Shown piece by piece: positions 28,146 through 43,389 of a stretch of 64,000 nucleotides of DNA. Source of the stretch: Octopus sinensis. Lineage: Eukaryota. Under the pieces are notes generated by a model. It worked only from the letters and a program-made list of their open reading frames with translations, was not told the DNA's origin and did not search any database. Where the stretch lies: assembly GCF_006345805.1 (NCBI RefSeq), contig NC_043012.1, forward strand, positions 24,614,001 through 24,678,000, in the 5' to 3' direction. The translations under genes were made by a program, and so were the position numbers. How positions within the stretch are numbered: position 1 is the stretch's first letter; each line of letters begins with the position of its first letter.

Positions 28146-28355
28146 TATTGCCCACAAGGGGCTGAACATAGAGGGGACAAACAAGGACAAACAGATTAAG
28201 TCGATTACATCGACCCCAGTGCGTAACTGGTACTTAATTTATCGACCCCCGAAAGGATGAAAGGCAAAGTCGACCTCGGCGGAATTTGAACTCAGAACGC
28301 AGCAGCGGACAAAATAACACAAAGCATTTCGCCCGGCTTGCTAACGTTTCTGCCA
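28146..28355 (-). mobile_element. SINE family B
   Basis: Family consensus on the minus strand. Confidence 0.85.
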
Positions 28356-28517
28356 TTATCATAATAATTCTTTCTGCTCTACGTAAGCAACAAAGCCCGA
28401 AATTTTTTGGGGGAAGGGGACTGACTAATCGATTGCATTTACTCCAGGGGTCAGCTGGTACTTATTTCATCGACCCTCAATGGATGAAAGACAAATGGTG
28501 CCCTCAGTGGAATTTGC

Positions 28518-28939
28518 GGATCTTTTCGGTTTGAACGGCAGTTTTTTCTAGCGGTGTCATATGAAATTGTCACCCATAATTATGACCCTAGTATTGATCT
28601 ATTGCATTTCAATCTGTTTTAGGGTTAGGGATGGGGGGAAGGGTATCTTTTTTTTCTTCAGAAATGTAAATAAACCTAATCCGTTTCTTAAACGAGGGAC
28701 ATATTCATACAGCACAGAATTTTTTTTTTTACATCAATAGACGTCATTGATTGGTTGAAATTGCAGAAATTGAAGGAAAAAAAAAACAACAAATATCTTA
28801 CAAACTATTAGAATTTTCTCAATAAAGCCAAGAGAAAAAAGATGTTTTATAAACACATTCTACCTGTATATGAAGTTTTAAAAGTGTTTAGTTACGTGGA
28901 AATTATTTTTAAAAACTGCCGTTCAAACCGAAAAGATCC
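28518..28939. mobile_element. MITE with 29-bp perfect terminal inverted repeats
   Basis: GGATCTTTTCGGTTTGAACGGCAGTTTTT ... AAAAACTGCCGTTCAAACCGAAAAGATCC; non-coding interior. Confidence 0.9.
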
Positions 28940-29163
28940 TAACTCTTCTTGGTTGTCCAGACGAACTGATCATCTCAATCCCACCAAATCACCAATCATC
29001 TTTGGTCCTTTGTTATCTTCTCTGCGAGATTCAACATCTTCAGATCAACCTTTCACTACTTCATCCCATGTTTCTTATGGTTTTGGCCTCTTCTCCAACC
29101 AATTTCCATTGGCTTTTATTCTGTTCCTCTCACCCATATACATCACATGACCAGCAATTGCTG

Positions 29164-29233
<70 letters not shown>

Positions 29234-29899
29234 TACATATCGCATCTGATTCATCTTCAGTTTTCCCCTCAATACATTCAATATTCTGTCGTACATGTAC
29301 ACTCAAGTTGTACATCCAATGGAACAACAAACTTATATATTTATATATATACACACCAGCTGAAATATATACACACACACACACACACACATGTATACAC
29401 ATATTCATATTTGGACATATTTGGACACATAACTATTCTCATTGTTCCTTCATATTACCTTTTTTTTTATAATTTTTGTTTCCATATATATATATATATT
29501 TTTTACTACATATATTTTTCATGTTTCTTTTTTTCACATTTAAAAAGTATTTTGTTATTTTTAATTTCTTCCTTTTCTTTTTTTTTTTTTGGTTTTTTTT
29601 TTTGTGCACTGCAGCCTTTTCAAAATCATTTATATTATTATTCAAATTATTCTTTAGACATATTGAAAAAAAGCTAAACACAACAAAGAGACAAAGCTTT
29701 ACTGCCTGCCTGCTTCTTCTCTCTCTCTCTCTCTCTCTCCTTCTTGCTCTGTCTTTCTATCCTTCCTTCTCTCATTCATTCACAGACTTCATCATTTATA
29801 ACAGACTCTATCGCATCATCTCCTTCGCCACCATCACCCCCATCATCATCATCTCTATCACCAACTCCACAAGGACCGCCATCATCATCATATCATCAA

Positions 29900-29937
<38 letters not shown>

Positions 29938-30068
29938 CTCCCCACCGCCAACCCCACCCGTTCTAGCAACACCAACATCAGCACCATGACCACCACCGCC
30001 GCCGCCACCACCACCACCACCACCACCACCACCACCACCACTTGCAAAACTTTCAGCATCACCTTTGC

Positions 30069-30102
<34 letters not shown>

Positions 30103-30773
30103 TTCATCTCCAACTCCGCTCCCAGCAGGCCCCCCCCCCTGCCTCCTCCACCACAACCTCCATCCGAATTTCCAGACAGCTTGTGTTGTGTTTTTAACAT
30201 TAACGAATGAAAATAGAAACTGAAATGAAATTAACGCAGTTTGCTGTTGCTGTTGCTGCTGTTGTTGTTGTTGGTGTTATTGTAATAGTTGAGTTAATTA
30301 TCTCTAAGCAATGGCTATGCATGGCTGCTTCGTTAGTGAGGAGGGAAAAAAAAAAAAACCCATCATCTACCATCAAATACCACAGCCATCACCATCACCA
30401 TCACCACCTACAAACAACAGCAACAACAACAACTACAACAACAGGTTTGACCTGCTGCTAGAAATAGTAGCCAAATTTCATGAAATCACCAATACTGCTA
30501 ACCTTGATTCTAGTTGGGGAGTAAAGTGCTGGTAGTGCTGAGAATGGTTTACAGTTCTTCTTTATAGGTTGTAAAAAATTGTGTCAACTTCAAAATTTGT
30601 AGGTCTTGCCTACCTATACCAGACTATTGAAATAGGTATAACAGAAATTCAAGTATACAGAGAGAGGGCGAGAGAAAGAGAGAGAGAGAGAGAATGTGTG
30701 TGTAGAACGTAACTGCATGTATATACACAGTATATGGGTGTGTATGCATATATGTGTTTGTATATATGTGGAA

Positions 30774-30817
<44 letters not shown>

Positions 30818-30818
<1 letters not shown>

Positions 30819-31160
30819 GGCGCAGGAGTGGCTGTGTGCTTACCAACCATGTGGTTCTGGGTTCAGTCCCACTGTGTTGCACCTTTGGCAAGTGTCTTCT
30901 ACTATAGCCTCAAGCTGGCCAAAGCCTTGTGAGTGGATTTTGGTAGACAGAAACATATATGTGTGTGTGTGTTCCCCAACATCGCTTGACAACCGATGCT
31001 GGTGTGTTTACGTTCCTGTAACTTAGCGATTTGGCAAAAGAGACTGATAGAGTAAGTACTAGGCTTACACAGAATAAGTCCTGGGGTCGATTTGCTCAAC
31101 TAAAGGCAGTGCTCCAGCATGGCTGCAGTCAAAATGACTGAAACAAGTAACAGAATAAGA
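30818..31160 (+). mobile_element. SINE family A
   Basis: AGGCGCAGGAGTGGCTGTG head to GACTGAAACAAGTAA tail. Confidence 0.85.
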
Positions 31161-31465
31161 GAATATATATAATATATATATATTGTATATGTCTGTCTTA
31201 CACAATTAAAATATACATATATAAATGTGTATATATGCATAACTCATGCCAGGCTACACACACACACACACATTCATACATGTAAACACATAATTATTCT
31301 TCATGCCAGATTACACACACACACACTCTCTCTCTCTCTCTCTTTCTCTTTCTCTCTCTCTTACACACACTCACAAACTGACATGCACATATTCTGTATA
31401 CATACATACCTGTACGTAAAGATCATTGTATCAATGTAACCTGTCTATCACTCTGTCTGTCTGTC

Positions 31466-31540
31466 TCTACATATACATACATACATACATACACACACAC
31501 ACAACACATACATACATACATACATGCATGCATGCATGCA

Positions 31541-31574
<34 letters not shown>

Positions 31575-31589
31575 CATACACATACAACA

Positions 31590-31623
<34 letters not shown>

Positions 31624-31757
31624 CATACATACATACATGCATGCATGCATACATACATACATACACACATATATACATACACACATATATACATACATAT
31701 ATACATACATACGTACATACATAGATGCATACATACATACATACATACATACATACA

Positions 31758-31788
<31 letters not shown>

Positions 31789-32342
31789 CATACACACACA
31801 TACAACATACATACATACATATATAATACATAACTACATACATACATTACATACATGCATACATACACACACACACATACATACATACACAATACATACA
31901 TACATACATAACACATACACATACATACATACATACATACACATACATACATACATACATACATATATACATACATACATACATACATACATACATGCAT
32001 ACATACACACACACACATACATACATACACACATACATGCATACATACACACACACACATACATTACATACACACATACATACATACATACATACACCAT
32101 ACATACATACATACATACATACACATACATACATCATACATAAGCATACATACATACAGACATACATACATGCATACATACACACACACATACATACATA
32201 CACACATACATACATACATACATACACACATACATACATACATACATACATACACATACATACATACATACATACATATATACATACATACATACATACA
32301 TATACATTGCATACATACACACACACACATACATACATACAC

Positions 32343-32370
<28 letters not shown>
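31466..32370. repeat. (TACA)n compound microsatellite, ~0.9 kb
   Basis: Seen directly; similar tracts at 22120-22350 and 32920-33025. Confidence 0.95.
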
Positions 32371-32374
<4 letters not shown>

Positions 32375-32431
32375 GTGTGTGTGTGTGTATGCATCTGTAT
32401 ATAAATAGAGATAGACAGATTGAATAGTTTC

Positions 32432-32488
<57 letters not shown>

Positions 32489-32615
32489 CATACATGCACA
32501 CTTATGTGTATGTGTGTGTGTGTGTAGATTCAATTAGAAGCTTCAACTTTCGAAAGTTTGCTGGGTTAACTGCACCATAAATGATTGACATGCATGTGGT
32601 CACGTGTGCCTCTGT

Positions 32616-32658
<43 letters not shown>

Positions 32659-33090
32659 AGGTATGGTGCTGGGGCATGCATCACTGAAGCTCTCACATAT
32701 TGCAATAATCTGAAGCATTAAGAAGAAAAACGATTCTTTACTGCTTTTTTTATTATTTTTTTTTAATATTCCATCCGTGTTTTCTTGTTTTCTTTTCTTT
32801 TTGTATTAGCTTTTGAGATTTTGAAAAAAAAAAAACAAAAAGAACATATACATACAACATACATATAGATACATACACACTCACACACTTACACAAACAC
32901 ACACACACATACACATATGTAATATGTATGTATGTATGAATGTATGTATGTATGTATGTATGTATGTATGTATGCATGTATGTATGTATGTATGTATGTA
33001 TGCATGTATGTATGTATGTATGTATGTAGGTGATATATATATATATAGATATAATATATATGCATATATGTATATGTGTGTGTATGGGTG

Positions 33091-33163
<73 letters not shown>

Positions 33164-34196
33164 CACACACACACAACACATATATATATATATATAATAT
33201 ATATAAAATTAGAGAAAATGGAGATATATATATATAGTAGATACATACATACATAACATACATATATAAAAAATATATGTTATATATGTATGGAAAGAAT
33301 TTTTGTGAGCTTTCTTTTTAGATTTTGTATATTATTTCAATTTTTTTTTTCATCAGTGTGTTTAAGAGAGTTTGGTATTTGTTGTTTGAGAGAAGAAAAT
33401 GGCAGCTGGTGAATTAAAAAAATACATACGTACATACATACATGTATGTACGTACGTACGCATGTATGTATGTATGTATACACAAACACATGCACACACA
33501 CATGCACATATACATATATATATATATATATATATACATATATATATACATATGTATAAATATATGTGTATGTCTCTCTGTCTTTGTGTGTATATATATT
33601 ATATATTTATATTTATATGTATATGTATGTATGTATGTATACACACAGGAGAAAAGTGGCTTTCATCGGGATGGAAACATGGAGAAATGGATATGTGGAA
33701 GGTGTTTTATGCGTAGTAAAATTAGGGGCAGGATGGGGGAGGGGGTGGGGGTGGAGTAGAGTGGGGGGAGAGCAAGATGGTAGTATTTAAAGGGTTGCAT
33801 TAATGGGGTGCTTATTGAATGAGTGAGTGAGTGAGAGAAAGAGAGAGAGAGAGGAGAGAGAGGATGTAAATAGGTGTGTGAGACAAAAAGGAGAGCAAAA
33901 TGGAGAGAAAGAAGGAAATGTAGATAAGATAGATAAAGATATGTGTGTAATTATATATACATGTATGTGTGTTCTTATTTGTGTATATATATATAATATA
34001 TATAATATATATATATATATCTTATTTATAAACATATAAATACATTTACATACATACATACACACACACACATATCCATTTATACATACATGGTGTAGCT
34101 TTGGAAAATAAGAAATCTCTTGTCTGTTAAATGTTGTAGTACATGGGGTTGTCACTAGGTGGTGTTAGTGATGGGTGTGTGTGTAGATATATGTAT

Positions 34197-34230
<34 letters not shown>

Positions 34231-34854
34231 TGGATGTATTGATGTTAGGAGGATTGTGGACAGCATGATGCATGTGTGTGTGTAGTTTATGTATGTGCAT
34301 ATATACATGTGTTTGTGTGTGTGTGTATGTGTATACATGTGTGTGTGTGTGTATGTGATTCTGGCCAGCTGCTTGTGTTGTTCTAGAGATTCCACATGAA
34401 AATGAAAAAAAAAAAAAAAAATGAATAAAAGTAAATAAATGAATTAATAAAAAAAAAGTAATAAATAACTAGAATAAAATAAAGTTAAGAAAATCGTGTC
34501 ACAAAAACAAAATAATAAAAAAAAACACCCCAGCCCTCTGTTCACATCTACAACTCATCTTGTACACACCTTCATCACATCTCCATCATCTCTTGCCTTT
34601 GTTGTAGTCTTATATAAACAGTCTCTCTAAACATTTCTATTCTCTGCCAAGGCATACATAACAGCTTAATTACAATTTACACCAAGACAAAAGACAAGAC
34701 ACCTACATACAACAAGCACACACAGACACTCACCACCATCACCTTTACAACCATCACCTCTACAACCATCACCACCAAACCCCCCCAAAAAATAGCTAAC
34801 AGCGATATAATAATAATAATGATAATAGTAATAATGATAATAATAATAATTATC

Positions 34855-35510
34855 CTTTCTTTATTGGCCACAAGGGCTGGACACAAAAGCAATTAGGGAC
34901 AATAGAAAACAAGGGACAAGTGGGGTTTGAAACAGAAAACATGTAAAAGAAAAAAAACAGAAAAAATTAAACAACAAAATTCCCCAATGGGTGGGGTGGG
35001 GGAGTTCGAGTCAAGGCCAACCAGGGCATCCCACTCATCCTAGTCACCCCGCCAACTGCCAAAGGCACATCAGGTAGGTACCTCTCTTCCCCCTCAACTA
35101 TTCCAGCTTATAGAGGAATATTCAGAATCGGTGGGGGGGGGGCATCCACATGAGCTGTTTTCACAACATGACCCCCCCACCTTCAACAAACTTACTGGTG
35201 GTGGTTGTGGTGGTGGTGGGGACAGTACTTCCCTCTCCACCCTCACTTTCTTTTTCAAGTGGAACTTGAAAAAGTCAATGAGGGATTGGCCAAAGGGGAA
35301 AGTATCTGTCTTCAGTCCTTTCAGCCTTGTCCATTACGTTACCTCTTTCGCCACCAGGCACAGGAAAACTGTGATTCCCTCCTGGCCAAAAGAAGGCAGT
35401 GGGGTGGGGGGTGGGGTTCGATCTTCACAATGGACTTGGCTGATAACCGGATCCATCCTACATGTGACAACAGCTGTTCGACAAAGTTCCACAGGTCAGT
35501 AGTGCACAAT
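34855..35510 (-). mobile_element. Decayed 3' end of a Tx1/L1-like LINE
   Basis: Manual minus-strand translation DLWNFVEQLLSHVG...VFLCLVAKEVT*WTRLKG...FFKFHLKKKVRVEREVLS resembles the post-zinc-knuckle C-terminus of L1/Tx1 ORF2; it is followed by a 3' UTR ending CCTTGTGGCCAATAAAGAAA. Confidence 0.55.
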
Positions 35511-35694
35511 AATGATGCTTTCTACTCCAGACAAAAAGGCCTGAAATTTGATTGGAGTGGGGTGGTCAATTACATGGACCTCAGTATGCAACTGGTACCT
35601 ATTTTATTGACCCTGAAAGGATGAAAGGCAAATTTAGTCCTGGTGGAATTTGAACTCAGAACATAAAGATGTGTAAAATGTTACTGATGCCTTC

Positions 35695-35725
<31 letters not shown>

Positions 35726-38489
35726 GGCGAGCTGGCAGAAACATTAGCACGTCAGGTGAAATGCTTAGCGGTATCTGATTTCTCCTTATGTTCTGAGTTC
35801 AAATTCTGTCGATAAATTAAGTGCCATTCACGTACTGGAGTAGGTGTAATCAACTGTCCCCCTCCCCCAAAATTTTGGGCCTTGTGCCTAGTGTAGAAAA
35901 TAATAATAATAATAATTATAATAATAATTTTTACATTAAGTAAAAATCTTGAAAAGTACATCGAGCAAATTGGGGGGTGCAATAGGGCGGGGTGGTGGTA
36001 CACTTGCAGAAAACAGCAATGCTTAGAACTGCTGGAATACTCTGGAAGGTGCTCGAAAAGTAAGGGGTGTTACTTTAGTTCACTGGTAGTGAACAGCTGG
36101 CACCATAGTACATCTCCAGCATTAGAAGCTGTGTAAAGACAATAAAATAATGATAATAATAATAATAATAGTAATTGGTTCTTTATTTGCCACAGGGGCA
36201 GCAAAAATGAAATGACTGAAAAAATTAATTATAAATTGGTAAAAAATGCAAGGATAACTCTCTTCCCTCTGCATTCATACTTACAAATATTCTGTTTACA
36301 CACACACATACACACACATACACACATACACACACATGTCCACAACATAAACAGACAAAGCAAAGCCAATTATCTTTCTTTCAATCTAGACAGCCATGTT
36401 TGTTTTTGTAGTTTATTGGTTGTCTGAATATATGTATACATGGATGGATAGATGTGTGTATGTATGCGTATGTATACATATGTGTATATATATATGTGTG
36501 TGTGTGCGTGTGTGTGTATGTATATTATGTTTGTAGCCAAATGGTTTGGTCATTACGCTGATGATGAGAGGGTCATGGGCGGACTCTTGGATTGGGTGGT
36601 AATGTGTGCAAAGCACTTCATTTCATTTTGTTCCAGTTTTCTCAACTGGAAATGAGTACCATCCTAGTGGTGATTCATTCCTCCCTTCCGAGTGTGTGCG
36701 ATTGTGTCTCCTAGTATTCACATCATTCAGAAGATTTAAACTGACATTACTGTCGGACAAGCGTTGTCTCTCATTTCCAGTCTTCCATCGAAGCCTGTCC
36801 AGCCATGGGGAAGATGTTACTTTGCTTGGAAACAGGTGAGGAGTCGGTGACATAGGAAGGGCATCCAGCCCTAAAAAACTCTGCCTCAGTGAATTTCATC
36901 TGACCTGGGTTTGCATGGAAACGGAAGTGCGGATGTTAAAATGGACAAAAGATGATGGTACTGGTTACCTGTCAGTTTGGCAAACTTGTGCAAGAAGAGT
37001 TTCCATGGTTACAGGGTAGTTACATCTTTGTCAACATCATCATCCTCATTATTATCATCATTGTTTCCAATGTCCACTTTGCATGTGATGGATGGAGTCT
37101 ACTGTGACATATTCTTTACACCTAGATGCTCTGTCTGTCACCGGCTCTCACCTGTTTCCAAGCAAGGTAAGATTTTTCCCCCTCCATGGCCAGACAGGCT
37201 TTTTCACAGGAGATTGAAATGACATCACAACAATCACGTGATGTCAAGGTGACACAAACATACACACACACACACACAAAAAGAATTTCAAAAATTATTT
37301 TTTTAATAACAAGCTTCTGCACAGTTTCCATCCGCTTGGAAGTCTGGAGCTTTAGTAGAAGACACCTACCTAAAGTGCTGTGCATTGGGAATGAACTTGC
37401 AATGTATATATATATATATATATGTGGTTGGCTGTTTGTTTTTTTATCCCCCACCCACTCCTTGACAACTGTTGTTGGTTTGTTTACGTCCCTGTAACTT
37501 AGCAATCTGACAAAAAGAGAGTGATAGAATAAGTAGTAGCCTTGGGATTGATTTACTCAACTCAGTTTTTTCAAACTGTGCCCTGCCCTCACCCCACCCC
37601 CACCCCCAGTATGGCTGCATTCCAATGACTAAAACAGATAAAACAAAACAAAGAAAAGAAAATAGAAGACAAAAAGGCATATTTTCCTTTGTTGAGATTC
37701 ATTTGGTGTGGATTGTTTTTCTAGAATTTTAAATAAGACCATAACCTCCCCTGCTGCCCCTGACGTTTCTCTTTGCTTCATATAATATGATCCTGTCTAA
37801 TGTTGAAGCAGCAGTGCAATGTTCTTCACACCCTGGTAACATACCCTGATGTAGGATTAACTGACATAGTTTTTATTTATTTATTTGACTTATGAAAAAA
37901 AAAAAAATTGTTTTTTTTTTTAAGCAGGAGTATCAGGGAAAGTTAATTTGTGCTGAAAAGCATCATGGGAAGAAGTCAACACTGTTTTTCATGGGATTAG
38001 CACAGCTGTTATTTTGTATTAAACAGCTACATTCTGAATGTTGTTGGATTTTTTTAAGATTCATTTATTTAGTAGTAGTAGTAGCAGAAGTAGTAGCAGT
38101 AGTAGTAGTAGTAGTAGTAGTAGTGTGTGGTGTTGGTGGTGGGGAATGTAATATAATGAAATTTGAAGTAAAGGACAAAAGCTCAGTTTGTATAAAGAGC
38201 TTGTAATAGCTGGGTGGTATGAGGTGTAGAAATAAAATATCCAAACTCAACCTGGTGGGTAATTAAATTTTTGTTTTTTAATTAATATTCACCCCCCACC
38301 CCTACCCCACCTCACCCCACCCTCTACTCACTTGCTACTCTCTGTCTCAACTACTAACCCTCTCTGTAATACTCTCTTCCCCCTCTGGCGATCATTGTTT
38401 TTAAGTAATTTGTGAAGTGGGAGTTTGTAAAGCTGTGTCCAGGAAAATGAGAGTTGAAGAAAAGACGTTTGACTTTGTGAATTAATACA

Positions 38490-38553
<64 letters not shown>

Positions 38554-38944
38554 GGAGAGAGAGAGAGAGAGAGAGATAGAGAGACAGAGACAGAGAGAGA
38601 ATATCACTCTTCTATTTTCTAACTAATTGTTAATACATTATTGCAACATAATGGGATTTATTTGGTTTAATTACTGGATCACATGGTTAAATATCTCAAA
38701 TCTTACTATGGCTATTCTACTGCCCCCTATAACTATGTTTTGGGCAAGGGAAATAATTGTGTTTGATTCAGTTGGTTTGTTTGATGAGAACAGACAAGTG
38801 ATGAAATGTGAAGTCAACTTGGGGTAGGCTTCAACTAAGGATCGCAAACTACATATTGCCTAACTTCAAGAGTTCATCGGGTGTAGCTCAAGAACAAAAT
38901 AGACTCATGATCAGGTCAAGCTTGCTCAAATTTGCCCAACATCG

Positions 38945-39344
38945 GTGGTAAGATGGCAGAATCGTTAGCACGCTGGGTGAAATGCCTATTGGTATTTCGT
39001 CTGCTGCTATGTTCTGGGTTCAAATTCCTCCGAGATCAACTTTGCCTTTCATCTTTTTGGGGTCGATAAAATAAGTACCAGTTGAGTACAGGGGCCGATG
39101 TAATCGACTTAATATCTATGTCTGTCCTTGTTTGTCCCCTCTGTGGGTAATAAAGAAATAGGTATTTCGTCTGCTGCTATGTTCTGGGTTCAAATTCCTC
39201 CGAGATCAACTTTGCCTTTCATCTTTTTGGGGTCGATAAAATAAGTACCAGTTGAGTACAGGGGCCGATGTAATTGACTTAATTCCTTTGTCTGTCCTTG
39301 TTTGTCCCCTCTGTGTTTAGCCCCCTGTGGGCAATAAAGAAATA
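38945..39344 (+). mobile_element. SINE family B with two tandem units
   Basis: Units start with GGTATTTC at 38991 and 39161. Confidence 0.88.
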
Positions 39345-39897
39345 AATTTGCCCAACATAATCATGTCACCCATTAAGATCCCATAAGACAAGAGAAAATC
39401 AGGAGCAATGGTCAGTGAGAGTATTTTGCTCAATGGTTGACCCATGTATGTTCATTGGGAGGTATCCATATGAGTGCACGAGAGACCATCTCACATCATC
39501 ATTAAGATACTTGGTTCTTTAGTTGTCTCCCGCAAGACACTCATGACTTTCTTTAATGACTTTAGTGATTATAAGAAGAAGGAGATTACCATATTCTGCT
39601 TTTCAGTGGTTGAATACTTTTCCTGCAAGAGATACGGAATGACCCCTGTTGCAAGAGAATGTAAATGCCATCAAGTCTTTTCACCAGGTGTTTGGTGAAC
39701 GTCCAAGCAGTGACGGTCAATTTGTTCAATGAAACCCTTCAAGGCAATGCCACTGCATGGCCAGAGTCTAATGCCTGTAACATGTAAAATATAGAAGATA
39801 TAAGAGGCCTTCGTTATTCAGTGTACCCCCATTTCCGCAGAGACTGTTTTTCTATTATTTCTAGCAGGGTCAAACAATCAAACATAGAGAGGCTTGT

Positions 39898-39935
<38 letters not shown>

Positions 39936-40220
39936 CTATTGTTGTTGCTGTTGTTGATCAGAGTTACTTAGTCACTGTCTTCTTGCCTGTGTTTTTGTCT
40001 GTCTGTGTGTCTGTCTGATATATATATATATATATATATTCTTTGTCTTGGAGGTGGCCTGGCTGTTTGTAAAGTTCCATGTATGTCAACCAACTTACTT
40101 CGTACATACCTTGGTAACAGCTGTGTTACCTATCAGACTATCAAGCAGTTTGTTTGTTTGGGGGAAAAAGGTAGGTCTGGGTGTGGATGTGGGTGGGGTG
40201 GGGGTGGGGGTTATAGTTAT

Positions 40221-40270
<50 letters not shown>

Positions 40271-40484
40271 TAGTATTATTATACTGAAAAATATAAGAAT
40301 AAAAACGAATTGCAATATAAAATATTAAAAAAAAAAATTGAAGAGAAACAAATACTAGAGAAAAAAAAAGAAGAGAAAAAACAGAAAAAAAAGCCAGAAA
40401 TTTATAAATGTGTTTATTTCAGTCTGAAGTAACAGATGTTTCTTTGCTAAAGCATGATGTACGCTCATAATAATGATGATGATG

Positions 40485-40515
<31 letters not shown>

Positions 40516-40663
40516 TAATAATAATAATAATAATAATAGTTTGCCACTAGAACAACAGATGAAACAGATACTACATGAACAAATTACAAAAAAAGTAAAA
40601 ATTTTGTAGGGTTTATGTAGGTTGGATTATGAAAAAAAGAAAAAACATACCGCAGACATGGAT

Positions 40664-40706
<43 letters not shown>

Positions 40707-41940
40707 TGACATGAGATGTGTCAGGGACAGAGTCCCACAGTAGCAGTGGCAGGGACAGTCAACTTGGGCCAATCAAGAAATCCAGCAAACCTGGAATTAT
40801 TTCACCTATCGGGGGCACCTGCCCTCTTCCAGTGATGCTCTCTCAACCACTTTTCAACAAATTCTCCAAAAGCCACCACTCTAGATACTATCTCAATGAC
40901 TTGGTGCAATTTGCTCTTGGAATATTTGAAAAATCTACTCTCTACCTTTCAGACTGTTTGAAGAATTTTTACACTTCCTTACCCTTCTGTTGGACACTTC
41001 CACACAATCTCAATGTGTGTTTAAGATGCTATTCCTGTCTCCCATAGGCACTAACAAGTAAGATGTTCCAGAAAATTACTCTAGATGTCTACAGAGGTTT
41101 CCATGTAGCTCTAGTTGTGGTGTGAACTACCACTGATCTGAAGGTATTAACCTTTGCATTTTCCACCCTTTTTAGACGGAAGGCCAAGTCAGCCTTGGTA
41201 GTATTTGAACTCAGAATATAAAGAACCAGAAGAGATGCTGCAAAGAATTTTGCCTGCAGTGCTAACGGTTCTGCCTTACAACAATAATAATATCTCCATA
41301 GGTGCAAGGCCTGAAATTTTCTTGGAGACAGATCTAATTAATTATATCAACCCCAGTGCTTGGCTTGTACTTATTGACCCCAAAAATGATAAAAGGTGAA
41401 AATCAGCCTTGGTGGCATTTGAACTCACAATATAAAGAGCCAAACATTTTGACCAACATGATAATGGTTCTGCCAGCTCACCGCATTCACAATAATAATA
41501 ATAATAGTTTCAAATAGTGACACAATGCCAGCAAGTGTGTAGGTTAGTTGGATTGACCCCCAGCACTCAGCTGGTACATATTCTGTTGATCCCAAAACGA
41601 TGAAAGGAACTCAGAACGCTAAGATGGATAGAATACTGCTGGGTATTTCGTCCAGTGTGCTAATGAGTCTGCCAGGACTAACAATAATCACAAGAAGAAT
41701 ATGAAATATAGGACACAGGTATACTCAGGTGTTTAGTTGTGAATCAAGGTAAGGCTTGAGAAATATTCCATCAGGTGAACTTGGTTAGCTTCAGAAGAAA
41801 GGCGTCACATTCTTTGTAAAACAGTATCTAGAAAGGAAAGAAAGTTTATGACAAATCCTACTCTAGAGTTATAAATGTCTCTTGTATAATACAGTACACA
41901 CACACACAAACACAAATATGTGTGTGTGTGTATGCATCTA

Positions 41941-42015
<75 letters not shown>

Positions 42016-42024
42016 ATATATATG

Positions 42025-42089
<65 letters not shown>

Positions 42090-42287
42090 ATATATATGTA
42101 TATATATATATACATGTGTATAAGTGTATACCCTTAACAGGATGAAAATAGTAATAATAATATTCTATCTGCTTATCTACAAGCACATTCTTACATATGT
42201 ACATACAAGCAAACACACACACACACATATATACCCTTCAACTACTCTTTAACCAGTTTCATCTCAAAAGCTGTGGTCATACTGGAG

Positions 42288-42326
<39 letters not shown>

Positions 42327-42991
42327 TTGTATATACATGTATGTATGTATGTATGTATGTATGTATGTATGTATGTATATATTATTTTTTGTAAAAAATA
42401 AATAAATAAATATATATATATACATACACACACATATATACACACATGCATACGTGTGTGTGTGGTGTGTGTGTGTGTGTAGTTGAGAAGCAGTGCTGGC
42501 TGATGACTTTGAACCATTGTGTTTATCCATTCTATATAACTCTAAATAAATTTAGAAAGAGGGAAGGAAAGAAAAGCACAAAAATAACCAACCCATTAGT
42601 ATAAATGCTATCCCCACGTCCTGTGATTGTCAACCGTAATAATGTTGTGATGTGTCTATCATAGTTCTTGAGGTAGAAGAGAGACTTTTCCAGTTCTTAC
42701 CAACAGAAAGAAGTAACTGAAAGACAATGCTTATGAACATATATATACACTGGTTCATGTATATATTATATACACACTAGTTCATGTATATATTATATAC
42801 ACACTATGATATATATATGTATATATATATATATTGTTTGTGTGTATAAAGTTGTGGATATGTGTTTGTATGTATAAATACATAGACCCATAATACATGC
42901 ATACATGTAGCATAAATCTTTGCCTGCTTCTTTTTTTGTTTCTCTTTCCTTCTCACTACTATGTAGATATGTATGTATATATATATATAAA

Positions 42992-43086
<95 letters not shown>

Positions 43087-43126
43087 TTATATATATATAT
43101 ACGTATGTATAATAACATGTATAATC

Positions 43127-43159
<33 letters not shown>

Positions 43160-43260
43160 TTAATATATATTATATATATATGTTATATATATATATGTGT
43201 ATATATATATATGTATGTATATATATTATATATGTATATATATGTATATATATATGAATA

Positions 43261-43302
<42 letters not shown>

Positions 43303-43324
43303 TATATCATACATACATACATAC

Positions 43325-43389
<65 letters not shown>

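Noticed and set aside
29476-30210. 244-aa ORF
   Set aside because: Concatenated poly-T, (CT)n, (CAT)n and (CAC)n tracts; no domain.
31423-33800. Many long ORFs rich in YIHT/MYVC
   Set aside because: Translations of (TACA)n and (TA)n microsatellites; no coding signal.
40718-41047. 109-aa ORF in unique sequence
   Set aside because: No ATG, splice support or recognisable motif; could be a decayed transposon.
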